Both the position numbers and the translations under genes were made by a program. From Octopus sinensis (lineage: Eukaryota), in contig NC_043004.1 of assembly GCF_006345805.1 (NCBI RefSeq), positions 14,260,001-14,324,000 on the forward strand: a stretch of DNA of 64,000 bases, given 5' to 3'. The notes beneath the pieces are model-generated. The model ran no database searches. It worked only from the letters and a program-made list of their open reading frames with translations, and was not told where the DNA came from. Position 1 is the first letter of the stretch. The number at the start of each line of letters is the position of its first letter. Below, one piece after another: positions 49,871-64,000 of this stretch.

Positions 49871-51372
49871 ATACAAATACTTAGGAATCCATGAACTAGA
49901 TAAGACACAACAGACACAAATGAAAGAGAAAATAAAAAAAAAATATTATAGACGAGTTAGATCAATACTAAAAACAGAGCTCAATGCTAAAAACAAGATA
50001 ATAGGTATCAACACTTTAGCTGACCCAGTTATAAGTTACAGCTACAAAATCCTTAACTGGACACGAAATGAACTGTCCAAAATAGATAGGAAAACAAGAA
50101 AAATACTGACAGGATCTAGGATGCATCACCCAAAATCTGACATAGAAAGACTATATATACAACGTATAGAAGGTGGTAGAGGCCTTATACAGCTGGAAAA
50201 CTACTATAAAATAACCACCATAGGACTGCAAAAATATCTACTTCAGAAGGAAGGAAAACTGATCCAGATAGCAGCAAAACACAAGCAAAACAAAAAACTG
50301 TTCTCAGTATTTAAGGAAGCTGACAAATACAAACAAGAAATCATACCACCTAATAAACACGAAGAAGATGAAGAAGATGATGAAGAAACAACAAAAGCTA
50401 TAAAACAAATGAAATCCAAACTAAAAATAGAACAGCAACGAACCATGATAAAACGATGGCAAGAAAAGCCCCTTCATGGTAAATACTGCACTAAATTAAA
50501 CGCAAAAGAAATAGACAAAGAAAAATCCCAGCAATGGTTGAGAAGCTCAGGACTCAAAGCAGAAACAGAGGGATTTTTAATTGCAGCACAAGACCAAAGC
50601 CTCCCCACCAGAAATTACCAAAAACATGTAATGAAAAGAAATATTACAAGTAACTGCAGAATATGTGGAGATGGACAAGAAACAATAAATCATATTATCT
50701 CTAGCTGCCCAGTCCTGGCTAAGAAGGAATATATTCACAGACATGACAGAGTTGGAACCTACATACATTGGAAGCTATGCCAACATTATGGAATAACAAC
50801 AGAAAAAAGATGGTATAGGCACACACCAGAAAAGGTCACAGAAAACGAGAAAGCAACCATACTCTGGGATATGCCGATACACACAGATAGAGAAATTAAG
50901 GCCAACAGACCAGATATAGTTGTCAGAGATCATGAAGAAAATAAAAGAAAAAAAAAGAAAAAAAATGCTTTCTAAGTGATGTATCAATACCGGCAGATGA
51001 CAACGTGTCTCTAAAAGAAATGGAGAAACTCTCAAAATACAAAGACCTGGAAATAGAGGTAACTAGAATGTGGAATCTGAAAACAGAACCAATTCCTATC
51101 ATAGTAGGTGCATTAGGTATGATAAAAAAATATTCAGACAAATACATAACAAAAACACCAGGACTTACAAACACATATAACATACAGAAAATTGCACTAC
51201 TAGGCACTGCACACATCCTACGCAGAACACTTTCCATACAATAACCATCAGAGCATCACAACAAATCACATCACAGCACATACCCAAGGCACACAGAGCT
51301 GCGCTCGGTAGTGAAGTGAAAGCACGCTATAAAAATAAAACTACTGAATAATAATAATAACAATAATAATAA
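49870..51372 (+). mobile_element. 5'-truncated Dong/R4-type RLE LINE, relatively young, with (TAA)n tail
   Basis: ORF 49920-50975 plus 51005-51244: YKYLG, HHPKSDIERLY, GLKAETEGFLIAAQDQ, CRICGDGQETINHIISSCP, HRHDRVG, RPDIVV..DVSIP, QKIALLGTAHILRRTL. Confidence 0.92.
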
Positions 51373-51699
51373 TATGAAACGTTAGGATATCCCCATGTCC
51401 AGATTGATGATATATCCAGTGATGGTGTCACAATAAAAACATTGATAATTGCACAAACTGATAATTGCTACAGCATATGAGTGACAATGAAAAAACCAAA
51501 TATTGTGAATAACGGTGGAAATGAAATTGAAGCCCTTTGTGGGGACAGTGTTGCACCCGGCATGTTCAGAGGTACTGATCCGACTCCAGCCTGTCATTAT
51601 TCAGAAATGGACCAGTACACACGGGGCGTAGATAGAACAAACAAGTCAATGCTGTGATCATGGAGTGATACTACATAAGCAACACCGTAGACGAAAATG

Positions 51700-54600
51700 G
51701 CCTTCATATTAGGGGATACTGACAATGTATATATGATCAATGGAGAGAAAGAGAATTGTTTCAACTCACGGAACAGATATTATGTGATCAAGCTAGAGCA
51801 ATAAGAAAAATCAATGGTTCACAGAAGTATAGCTCGAAGCTATCAAAAGACGGGTATTGGAGAACCGCAGCAGAGGAAACGATAGAAATACAGTTCCTAC
51901 CGATAAAGTAATCTCATAGCACAAAGCAGAGGTGAAATATGTAATAAACCACAGGAAAGGAACAGTGATAGATTCCTCGATGTGAGACATATAGATGGTT
52001 TAGAAGAAGACAATAAAAGTAATAGAGACATGACAGATGGGCAACATGCAAGCTACTACAGAATGAAAGCAAGGCTACAGGAGAACGATAGCAACATTAT
52101 TTGCAACCTTAAAAAGGTTGATCGGTGGAAATTGAACCAAGAAACGAACGTGAATGAAAAACTGAAATACATCGGAACAAAAAACATGACAGAAACAAAC
52201 AATTTGATCAAGGTAGCAAGTATTGTTGTAGCAGAAAATGTGAGTGTTGATGTCAAGAAAAAGAAATATAATGGGAGTGACAAAAGAAAATATCCATGGT
52301 AGAAAAGCAGAATACAGGCGGATTAGATATGCTACCGAAAGGCATTTCTGTGTTAGATCGAAAAGAGAAGGGGAAACTTAAAAGCGAAAAAAAAAATACA
52401 GGGCACTGAACAGGACGTATGATATTGAAAGAAAGGCTTGAAAGTGGTAATGGAGGAATTAAAACAGCGCATCGTTGCAAAGAAAGCAAAGATAGCAAGA
52501 TACGACCAAAGAATGAAGGGATACCAGCAGAATAGGCTATTCAGAGTAGATCAGAAGAGATTCTACAAAGAAATAAATAGAAAATGTAGAGATGAAAAGT
52601 TGATACCAGATAACATTGAACATCAAAACTTTGGAGTGATATCTGGACCAAAGAAAAGGAGCACAAGAAGGATGCTGAATGGTTGAAAGAACTGAAACAA
52701 TCAGTGGTCTGTCCAAAATAGGTAGAACTAGTCATTTCAGTTAGGGAAGTGAAGGAAATCAGCAAAACAATTAGCAACTAGAAGGCTCCAAGACCAGATG
52801 GAGTTCAAGGCTACTGGATCAACATATTTGGTGGAAGTCATGCACGAATAGCTGCACAACTCAACACCTTGTTACATGCTGACCAAGTAAAACCAGAGTA
52901 GTTGGCAATAGGTAGGACAGTTCTGTGCTTGAAAAACATCGAAAAAGGCAATAGACAATTACAAGCCGATATCATGTGAAAATTATTGACTGGAATAGTA
53001 GCAGAGTCAATGTACGGACATGTGGGAAAAGATAGACTCCTGTCACATGAGCAGAAAGGTTGCAAACGTAGGTGCAGAGGTACCATTGATCAACTCCTGG
53101 TAGACAAAGCTGTACTTACAGAATGCTAGAGGAGGAAAAGTAACTTAGCCATGTCATGGATCGATTATCGTAAGGCATACGATATGATCCCACATTTTTA
53201 GATTATGGAATATATGAACCTATTTGGTATTGCATCGAATGTTGAGCGATTACTTGGAAAATGTATGGTGAAGTGGAGGACGGAAATGACAGCATATAGA
53301 AGAAGTTTAGGGACAATAGAATTCAAGAAAGGCATATTCCAAGGGGAATGCCTTCCCCACTGATCTTTGTACTGTGCTTAATGCCACTAACACTGATTCT
53401 TAGGAAAGCAAAAGTAGGGTATGTATCCAAAAGCCGCCAGCAAAAAGTCAACCATTTGTAATTCATGGATGACCTCAAACTTTATGGTAAAAATGAAGCC
53501 CAAGTCAGTTTCCGCGTTGATACGGTGTATACTTTCAGTACTGATATCAGAATGGAGTTCGGACTGAAAAAGTGTGGTGTATTAGTCTTGAAGAGAGGGA
53601 AAATCAACGGGCTAACGATACCGTCGGAGGTGGTTATGAAGTAGATAGAAGAGACGGACTATAAGTACTTGGTGTTATTGGAAATGGATACATTGATGGA
53701 GAAAGAAATGACAGAAAAATTTAAGGTGGAGTACTTGCTCAGACTGAAACTGATCCTTAAGTCGAAATTGAATGGATGGAATAAGATCGAAGATATCAAA
53801 ACCTGGCGGTTTCACTCCTTATATATGGAACAGGGTTAATCGCATGGACAATAGACGAACTAAACAGTTTAGACAGAAAGACGAGGAAGTTGCTAACTAG
53901 ATATGGATCACACCACCCAAAATGTGACACAAACAGACTGTATGTACCAAGAAAAAGAGGGAAAGAGGACTTATTGGATGCGAACACAGCATTCAGCAGA
54001 AGTAAACGACATAGCATGGTATGTAAAAAAATGCCACAGAACCGCTATTATTAGAAGTAGGAAGGTCAGGCTTGTGTAGAATGAAAGATTGCAAAGATAA
54101 AGCACTGTACAAGAAATTGAAAACGAATCATACTGAAAATAGGTGGATAAAGAAAGAAATGCATGGTCAATTTCATAGGAATGTTGAAAATAAGAAAGAC
54201 AGAGACAAAAGATGGCTACTGATGACTAAAATGATTTAAAACCGGAAACGGAGGTTCTAATCTGTGCTGTCCAAGAGCAAGCAATAAGAGAAAACTACAT
54301 AAGATACAAAATAGACAACACAGCAGAAAGTGATAGGTGTAGAATCTGTGGACGAAACGGTGAAACCATATGGCATATTACCAGCCAATGTACGCCACTA
54401 GCCCAGAAGGAATATAAAAGACGCGGTTACAATATAGCCAGGCTTGTCCAGTGAAATCTCTGCAACAAGTATAGACTTGACAGAGGAAAAAATTGGTACG
54501 ACCACAAGCATGAAGGCATCAACGAAAATAGAAATACAAAGAATCTATGGGATTTTATGATACATTGCGACCATGAGATAAAAATAGGAAACCGGACATA

Positions 54601-55137
54601 GTCTTAATTGAGAAAGAAAACTAACTATGCTGGATCATAGATATAGCAAGCCCAGCTGACAAAAAGGTATGCGATAAGGAAGAAAGAAAAGTCGAGAGAT
54701 ATGGCATACATAGATAATAGAAAGAGATAGAGAATAGGAAGCTGGACAGTCTTAATTGAGAAAGAAAACAAACTATGCTGGATGATAGACATAGCATGCC
54801 CAGCTGACAAGACATGCGATAAGGAAGAAAGAAAATTCGAGAGAAATGACAGGTTAGCTTGGGAGGTTAAGCAGTTGTTGTCGAGGAAAAAGTAGCAATA
54901 GTACCAATAATTGACGGAGACCTGGGGAAAAGTGAGCAATAACCACGAGAAGTCCGTGGAACAAATAGGAGCTGCTTTAATGGTGGAGTACTTGCAGAAA
55001 ACAGCACTGCGGGGAATCGCTCGTATACTCCGGAAGGTGCTCGAAAAATGTGGTGTTATCTTAGTTCACTGCCAGTGAACAGATGACACTGTAGTACATC
55101 TCCAGCGTTAGAAGCTGTGCAAATCAATAATAATAAC

Positions 55138-55226
<89 letters not shown>

Positions 55227-55232
55227 TAATAT
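51700..55232 (+). mobile_element. Older, heavily mutated near-complete Dong/R4-type LINE with (TAA)n tail 55127-55232
   Basis: [77 protein letters not shown]; 5' limit approximate. Confidence 0.85.
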
Positions 55233-55720
55233 CATGTACATTGTTTTTTCTTGGTATAAAAGATGGGCTACAGCAAATAACCTGCTCAATACCACAGATT
55301 TCATTGTCAGCTGTTTGACCTTAACCAGTGGACCATATCCCCTAGTGGCTGACGATATGTACGTCTCTGATCATGAGCAGAAGTAGTGGGGGAGCATCAT
55401 AGCCATGTGTTGAGAGGGATTCTTAGAGGTTTTGGATAATTCACATTTGGAAACATGGGTCGTTCGTTCAACATACTTAAATAATTCTTATTCAGGGTCA
55501 TTTTGAGCAGGATGGGCTACTCCACCAGAAGAAAATTCTAACTGGGCCCCACCTGCAAGTTCGTGCGCTGTTTATCTTGCTATGAAAGCACCATGTCGCG
55601 CACATATGGTTGTGATGCATGTGGCTGGTGTATCCTTATCAGGTGGATAGTCATGATGGGTATACTGGGCTTCGTATATTTTACCCCAGTTCATTTTGAT
55701 GGCATGCACTGCTCTCTCAC
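55233..55720. other. Unclassified about 490-bp GC-balanced segment bracketed by (TAA)n and (TAC)n
   Basis: Sharp composition boundaries at microsatellites; no recognised ORF. Confidence 0.3.
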
Positions 55721-55722
55721 TA

Positions 55723-55771
<49 letters not shown>

Positions 55772-58700
55772 TACTACTACTACTACTACTACTAATAATA
55801 ATAATAATAATAATAATATAATAATAATAATAATATAATGATAATAATAATAACCCTTTCTACTATAGGCACAAGGCCAGAAATTTCGGGGTGGGGACTA
55901 GTCGATTACATCAAACCCAGTTTTTCACTTGTAATTAATTTATCGAGCACGAAAGAATTATCAGGAGGCTCCTAAATATTTAAGAACGTACTGAAAGCTT
56001 GTTGATACTTAATCCCAACAAAGAATAAGACCGAACCTGAGTAAACCGAAATAGTAATAATAAAAAAATTAATGTCGATGACGACGACGTTGACGACGAC
56101 GATTACGACGATGATGGTGATGATGATAAAAATAATAATTTCAGCTGTCTTATCCAGTGTAATCATAAAACATGATACGCGCGCAATTGGTTTCTGCAGT
56201 CTTAAATAAAATGAATTACATACGTTTCTTTACTGTGTAACGAGTGAGGTTGATGAATTAGTTGTCAAGAGAAACCACGAACACTATCATGTTTTTAGTT
56301 CTGTTTATGTTCTGTGATGCTTTAAAATTCATTTTATATGGTAATGTGCCTATAATAATTATTCCATCTAAGTAAAAAAAAAAGAAGAAACAAAAATGAT
56401 TTTAAGCATCAGTAAACTTTGTAGAGTTGCAAATCTAATATTTAAATTTGAGGAGACTGCTGTTAATTCAAAATAAATCCAACACAAATCCTAAAATAAA
56501 CAATGATGAAATCATATTTAACAGTAAAACATTCTTTAAATTTGATTTGTAAATGTAAATGTATGCAGATGATTTCTAAATAAAAAATAATAATACGTTA
56601 TGCGTAAAACATTGGGGCCATATATTTAGTTGTGTGTTTAAAATACGTGAACTTTTTCTCCCATTACACTACATACTTCTAATGGAACGAAGTATGAACT
56701 TTCTTTATACAGCTTTTTCTTCGCTAATGAATTTCAGTTAAACAGAAGTACATGATATTTCATTTAAATGCTGAATTCACAGCGTAGGGAAAATGTAAAT
56801 TTTGACAGAAAGTAATACATATAAAATAAATAAGTAAAGCACTAAAGCATTTTAAAATTGTTTCTGCCTTCATTTTTTAATTTATATAAATACACCCGTC
56901 CAACCACATATACATACCAAAACCCTGAAGATGTATATGATATTGTATTTTTGAGAGTAAATAATATATAAAATTTCGATTTTATATATTATTTAAAATA
57001 TATGATATAAGACATATTTAAGATATGGTTCTTTAAAATGATAAAAAGATTGCAGCGCATCAAGACATATTCTAGAATTTGTACATACGTAACACTATTT
57101 GTGCAGATGTTAATATATATTTTAAAATTGGTTTGCTGTTTTTATTCGTTAGCTGCACCATCAGACTAGTGCAACATCTTGAGTGGTCTTTGTGGAATAT
57201 ATCAGACAAAGTACTTACTTCATTCGGTTATTTTATTTGTCTTTTATTTACTGATATATTTATTAATAATCACAGGGGTACGAAGCTGCGTTGAATGAAA
57301 TATAGCTATGCACGGTCGCATTTAACATGTTCGAGAACATTCGTACTTGAAATTTTAATACGCTGAACGGTAATCTGGAAGGAAGAAACTCTCCTTATAA
57401 ACAATATGAATGTAGGCACAACACTAAGGCATGAATGAAGTCACCAGACCTTAGAACTGATGCGTTTCTTCGCGTCATCAGTTACGTATATTGAAACGTC
57501 GTTCATTGTCACTAAATGCTGGATACTCTTATATCAGAATGGCAAATGGTGAATTTGCTGATGTGCAAAAAGCTTTGTCAAGCCGGAATATAATAATGAG
57601 GGGATCGCACAAAGGCTCTATTTATATTTGTCCAAATGCTAATAGATCATTTTGAGAATATCGGAGCAACATAATACATTAGTTTACACAGAGAAAACAA
57701 ACACAGGATGGATTTCTGCATAGCAGAAGCCACATGAGATGTCAGAATATAACCAAACTCAGAAGAGGGAACACAAAGCAGATTTTGCATACATGGCTAT
57801 AATTTATACATGTTTTTAACTATGGTTATAACTATAAATTTGCTTATATTGACGTAACATAATTTCTACTGTTGACATGCAATATTTAGACAAATATTTA
57901 AAGATGGTGACTAACAGATCATATTTACCATGAACGCCAACAAATTCTAGATTTTCAGAAGCTATAGAAATAAGTACTTGTGATCGCAAGCATTTCGATC
58001 CCTTTTCATAGATGAGGTACGCCTAGCTATATGATGCTCTGTGCAATTTTTTTACAACTCGATGTGATTAGCGGCTGACTCTCTAGTTGCGAGAGGTGGA
58101 CAAATTAAGTAGGAGCAAGTAAGAAATGAAACGAGCTAGGCGATATAAGCCAAGCGGAAAAATGGATGTAATTTGCGAAATATTGTTCGTCCAAAAATAT
58201 TTTAAATATTCCCCTCTCTTGAAATGAAAAGCAATCAACAGATAGTAGCAGCAATAAGTCTGAAAGATAAGGGGAGTTAATTTCATGAATTTAAGAATTA
58301 ATCTCTCAGGTGAAGTCTTCCAAGGCAGAAATAATCACATATTTTTATATATTATATTTCATCAACTTAGTATAATTAAGCATGACTGATGAAATGACAA
58401 AGGTTTTTACATAAAGAAACTAAAAAGCTACGAATAATATTTGTCAAGAATTATTTACAATATTCAAAGATAAAATGTTTTATTTAAAATGAATAAATCG
58501 CAAAACATGAATTACTATAAATAAGTAGTGTGATGTGTTGAAAGTGGAACGTAATAAAAAAATTCCTTATTGACGGGTGAAATTTTTATTCATTTGGGAC
58601 ATTAATAACAACAGATTAGAAAAATTTGCCGCCATAATTCTTTTATTTCTTTTAGCAAAATATCAATAAGTGCTTACAAGTGTACATCAAAATCGTCACA

Positions 58701-59409
58701 ATTTGACACGTTGAGGTTCGCTGATATTTTAATAAAAAATAATAGTAGTACATAATTAGTTAGTACACTAGATAGAATAATAAAAAGATTAGTTATATAT
58801 TACAGTAAATACTACTTATAACAACAAATTCACAGTAAACTGTGCTTAAGCTATTGCCAAGTCTTCACAGTTTTAGCCTTGACCCAATGACTAATTTTTA
58901 CATGTTGAATTTGACTACCATATTTAACATTCTACTTTGCATAAAACGTTAGCTATATTGGTACTTCTGGCTCTGACTTTTTAAGTATTTTAGTGTATCA
59001 ATATTTCAACAGATTGATAGTACCTTTTGTAAATTATAATGTTACTTTGTAAATTAAAATCAAATAATTCTTTAATATTCAAGTTTTATCCTTAGCTGCA
59101 ATATTTTAAGAAAAAATTTTCTTGTTCTGTACTTGAGTACAGAAGTTGAGTGTATATGAGTTTGGATATGTTTTGTTAGAAAAATCCATAAAAAATAGAA
59201 ATACAGACGCGCACATTTACAAACAAACACATACACACACCCTCACAGAGTTGAAGCACTGTTCGGTTTTTTAATCTTTTGTACCCATTTTATATATAAA
59301 ATACTACAATTAGCCGTCATTTCTGCCGGCACGGGGTCAGCTGGTATATATATATATATATAAAATATACATACATACACACACACGTGTGTATATATAA
59401 AATTAAATA

Positions 59410-59740
59410 ATAAGGGTAGAAATTGATATTAATCAATTAAAGCCAGTGGCTTAGCATATTTAAAAAATCAGACGATTAAAAATTGTGTTACATACAAAAT
59501 TAAAAGGAATGACCGCTAAAGTGGACACCTAATATGCTAAACATAGACGTCAAATCGCCATTACCACGAAGAATGTGTTCTCAAGAAAAATCTCAGCAAA
59601 ACGCCAAAATGTAAAAATGAGCAAGACAAATGAAAATATACTAAATAAATAACAATTACCTACTTACCACTGGTTTCACTTGTTAATATGTACGTATGCA
59701 TTCTTCGTGGTAATGGCGATTTGATGTCTATGTTTAGCAT
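59410..59740. repeat. Repeat family K copy with fold-back F10 (42-bp arms 59534-59575 / 59699-59740)
   Basis: atgctaaacatagacgtcaaatcgccattaccacgaagaatg and its reverse complement. Confidence 0.85.
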
Positions 59741-61299
59741 AATAGAATTCATAATTTTTTTATCCTTTTGTTATAATATTCTTCTTAATAATCCTTTGAA
59801 AAACCCTAAACTTTATCTGTATAACAACATTGTTTAAAATATTTAACTATAGTACTACATGATATGACTTCTCCTGTTTCATTATCAATTGTCTGCTAGT
59901 TATCAGCTAACATCTTGTTTTAAGTTTTCCTTTATCAAACCTCATGATATTGCTTCTAATAAATCTTGATTTTTATGACTATACCAACTATGATGCCTGT
60001 CTGCTCCCTCAGCCCTACCCCTAATAGATACTGCCCTCTGTTCTCTCAGCCTTAGATATACAAAAATTTGATAAACTAGTCTATAAATTAAAACTGACCC
60101 CTTAAAAACAAAAAAATTAAATTAAAAAAATTAAATGGAGTTGCATGAAACGATCGCACTACATTATCTCTGGATATCCTTGTAGCTTATTTTGATTTTA
60201 TTCGCATTACTTTGAAATTGTATGGATAATACCGTACTAAATTCTGGTGCCTCACCTTAAGTGCCATATTCAACTGAATATATATATATATATGTGTGTG
60301 CTGTGTGTGTGTGTGTGTGTGTGTATGTGTGTGCGTGCGCATAAAGAGAGGGAGAGATGTAAATATATACAAGTACACTGAAGCATACACGCATAAATAG
60401 AGATAGCGTGTTGCTTTTATATATTGAGTGAAGAAATGTGGTGGTGGGGGGAGCTCCCTGAAATACACTGAAAAGGAGACAAAGTGTAATAGAGAATCGT
60501 AATGCGAGATAATAAATGTATGTTAAATTAAACATTACTGTTCTAGTAAAGATGGTATCATAACATATAGAACCGTCTCAGTCAGATATTTAATTAGTTG
60601 GCATGTATAGAAATACCAATTTTCTTGAAGTTCAAAGTTCCCTATTCCATCTGAAACTTAAAATGAACCCTTTTTATATTGAGGTTATAGGTTTTGTCAT
60701 ATAAGACGCATAATCAGCTTTTGAAATAGTTATGAAAACAATACTTAAATGTTAGATGAGAACCCGATTGTCATTTTTATCAACTTATTTGGAAGAAATA
60801 ACGGACTATACTACAAATCTAATTCTATTTTATTCAATACAATATTTTATAACATTTAGTTATATTTATTTATGTTCATTTTTAGAATAGACCAATAAAG
60901 TTTAGTATAGGCTTTTCTGGTTTGTATTTGCACAATTACTGTGTTCCATCAATTCATCATCTTTAGAATATTATGTTATTCAATAATATTATTCTTGTAA
61001 CATTTTATTGTTATTATTATAGTTACCATCATCGTCATTATTATTAATATTATCATTATTGTCAGCAGTAGTATGCTGTTACGCGATATTGATATTTTAA
61101 CCACTTCAAATGCTCGTACTGTTTGGCATCGAAACGTCGTCTCGTCGGAGAAGCATTCTGGTTCTATGCAGTTCCTTCTATACACTTCATATATTTCCTT
61201 TATTTTTACCGAGGTCTTTTCACATTTCCTGTTTCATTTGAACATCTTTTCTGAAATGCAACAACTGTCACATTAAGATGTAACTTTCTAAGGTTTTCT

Positions 61300-62520
61300 C
61301 TTAGATTCTTCATAATATAACAATAACAATTGGCAGGAGCATCACCTTGTCATATTATTTATTCCCGGATTGGAGAATTTCATATTTTCGGTCAGTATTA
61401 TCCTTCCACTTCCATTTTGTCGTTACTGTCCTAAGTAGATTAACGATACTGACCCCAATTTGATTGCCGGAATGATATTTCCCATATTGAATTTCGATTT
61501 TAGTATCTTAATACTGAGAAAATATATCCTTCTTTCTTCTTTGCCAGAATTTTAATTATATCACTCTTCAGCACGTTATATCTGAAGATCTCATATTCTC
61601 ACCATCAAGTAGTTGCATTTCAACCGTTTCTTATCATGATTTCTATGTTTCATTATCATCATTCTAAAATTCTCTATGACGTGTCAGAACAATGTCAATA
61701 GTAAATATTCGTGCGATTTGTCAAGATGCCACAAAGCTTAAGATTCTCTATAAAACGAGATGAGTTACTTATCTTCTATTCCCTTTCAGTTAAATAACAT
61801 TATTCAGCTTTGGAATAATCGACGTAAGAATGAGTGTTATTTCAAGTAGGATAGAAGGGCATTTCCTTAAAATACTTGCTTCTGCAAAACATAGAATTTT
61901 AATGGTGAATCTCCCATAATATACCTCAATGCTTCTTCTAAATTATTTTTGACATTTTCCACCATCTTGAAACCAAATATAGACAAAATTTGATCCACGA
62001 TGTAGACATAACTCATAATCTTTTCTTGTATCTGATCTAAACGATCCAAATTTCCATTCACTTTCTGCAATACATATAGGCCTTTTAAACGATCATTAAT
62101 TTCTTTTACGTTTCCTGTTGTTATGTGTAATTTGAAATATAAGGCACTAATTGTTTCTCGTGCACCTGTTGGCATACAGATCCCCTATATTCATCTGTTC
62201 TGAAATACATTCTTATGCCTTGGTTAAAATTGTGCACAGTCAGTTGCACCTGCATATGATACTTACTAAACTACTACAAGCAGTGGGCATAGAGGAAATT
62301 GATTATAGTTTGTTCAAATGTTATAGAAGACATGGTAATTTCGTCCGACAAGTTGGGTAATGGAATCATTGCTTGCCAAAAGAGTCAAGGACACAAAGCA
62401 TTTACTTCAAAAGCTTTTATTCAATGCTGGTCTTGACTGTCTTCTCTTTGTCTTATAATGGTGCAATACCGTTTTCCCATTTTACCTTTTTATGACCAAC
62501 GAATTTCGTTAGAGTTGATG
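61300..62520 (-). mobile_element. Highly degenerate APE-RT LINE (RTE/L2-like)
   Basis: Minus-strand remnants resembling endonuclease motifs (..SMPTA.., ..IGDLYA..); many stops. Confidence 0.4.
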
Positions 62521-62593
62521 TTATGCCTCAACACCATTCAGGAGAATGCGATATTAGATATCTAAGAACATATGGCAAATAAAGAACCAACTC

Positions 62594-62682
62594 TTCTTCT
62601 TCTTCTTCTTCTTCTTCTTCTTCTTCTTCTTCTTCTTCTTCTTCTTCTTCTTCTTCTTCTTCTCTTCTTCTTCTTCTTCTTC

Positions 62683-62731
<49 letters not shown>

Positions 62732-62750
62732 CATTATTATTATTATTATT
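62594..62750. repeat. (TTC)n plus (TTA)n array; the (TTA)n is the minus-strand (TAA)n tail of the adjacent Dong fragment
   Basis: Direct inspection. Confidence 0.9.
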
Positions 62751-62789
62751 TATTTATTTTTCATATACGCTCAGCAGACTGTTGGAAAA

Positions 62790-63095
62790 GAAAAACTCCT
62801 AACATGTGACTACAACAAATGTTTAAGGATAGTTCCCGATGCATCTATAGAGACAGGGGTACCTTTTGCCCGCACTTTCCCCAGTCTCTGTAACTCAATG
62901 GCCAGGTCCTGTTACATTGCTATTTTCCCTATACTTCTCATATTGATTCTCATCATTTACGACTATAACGTCAATTATCCGGCACTTTCTATTCTCTTTA
63001 TCCATTACTACTAAATTAGGTTTTCTAGCTTCTTTTACTATGTCCGTTTAAATGTTAAAGTCCCACAGCATCTTATATTTCTTACGTTTTCATAC
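62790..63095 (-). mobile_element. Dong/R4-type RLE domain fragment
   Basis: KMLWDFNI.TD..KEARKPNLVVMDKENRKCRIIDV...DLAIELQRL. Confidence 0.75.
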
Positions 63096-63099
63096 TTAA

Positions 63100-63250
63100 G
63101 CAAAGTCGACATCAAATTCCACCGAGGTCGACTTTGCATTTTATTCTTTCAAGTTCGATAAAATGAGTACAGTTTCAGTACTGGGGTCGATGTATTAGAC
63201 TCCCTCCCCCAAATTTCAGGCCTTGTGCCTCTAGTAGAAATTATTATTAT
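63100..63250 (+). mobile_element. SINE family A, A2 tail
   Basis: caaattccaccgaggtcgactttgc...ccccaaatttcaggccttgtgcctctagtagaaattattatt. Confidence 0.75.
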
Positions 63251-63689
63251 TTCACTTTACTACATGTGTTTTTGGAGCTTCTGGAATTTGCATGCGTAGC
63301 GGGCTTGCTAACTACAGCCTACGGTACTATGCTATTCGTTCTTTTCAGCTATCTAATACTTTTCTGATTATTCAGGCCGTGCCAAGGAGGCAAACGTTTT
63401 GTAATGTCAAGCAGAGAAGTTGAATTGTTGAGAATCTTTTTAACTTAGCTCTTATATCTATTGTTTGAATATATATATATATATATATATATAAATTAAA
63501 ATATAAAATTAAAATAAGGGTGAACATTTGAATAATAATTTGATTAATATGAATTTAAAACCAGTGGTGTAGCATATAAGACCATAGCGGATCTTCTTCT
63601 AGCAAAATAGATGTCCACTGTTAATGGTTCATCCCTGTTATATAATAGTTTCACTTTAATAGGTTCAGTATTAAAGTGAAAGTATCTGA

Positions 63690-63945
63690 CATTACTATAG
63701 AGAGATGTTTTTGTTTCACTTTTAACAAGTAATACTGAAACAGTGGAGAAGATATGATATTGCTGTGGGCTCGCCCTAGGTCATAAGTTAAAACTTTTTC
63801 CCCATGACACTACATGGACCCTACGTAGGCATGTGTAACATTTGAATGAAATTGGTTGTGTAGTTCTCAAGTTTTAGGGATTCACACACACACACACAGA
63901 GACAGACAGACAGACACACATTCTCAGTTTTATATACATAGTTTA
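63690..63945 (+). mobile_element. Possible Helentron-associated (HINE/DINE-1-like) non-autonomous element
   Basis: ...gaaattggttgtgtagttctcaag..(CA)n(GACA)n..cattctcagttttatatacatag layout. Confidence 0.35.
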
Positions 63946-64000
63946 TTATTATTTTCTCTTTATCACAGTTTATTCTGAAGATCTTGGAGTCTTGCATACC

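Overview
AT-rich, microsatellite-dense eukaryotic DNA. The repeat content looks like an octopus (coleoid cephalopod) genome; this is inferred from the SINE types and the TA/TG/TAA arrays. No intact host gene could be identified, and the window is almost entirely transposon-derived. It holds a full-length but frameshifted Tx1/L1-clade LINE with a 12-bp target-site duplication (505-6584), three Penelope-like (PLE) GIY-YIG remnants, four Dong/R4-type RLE LINE pieces, three mariner remnants, a Gypsy 3' end with LTR, an RTE-like remnant and many tRNA-derived SINEs of at least three families. The main hidden signals are RNA-structural. (1) A 259-bp direct repeat (34965-35223 / 35738-35995) of an RLE (HERO/NeSL-like) element carries hammerhead core motifs in a non-circularly permuted order, with covarying stems; the two predicted cleavage sites define a 772-nt unit. 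(2) Many PLE-type minimal hammerheads with family-specific core variants (U3-A8, A6U, U4C, U3.G8) sit in about ten fold-back or tail-to-tail inverted structures at (TA)n tracts. (3) The commonest SINE shares its 3' stem-loop/AATAAA tail with the Tx1 LINE (28/33 nt). All structures were derived by eye, and none has been tested computationally or experimentally.
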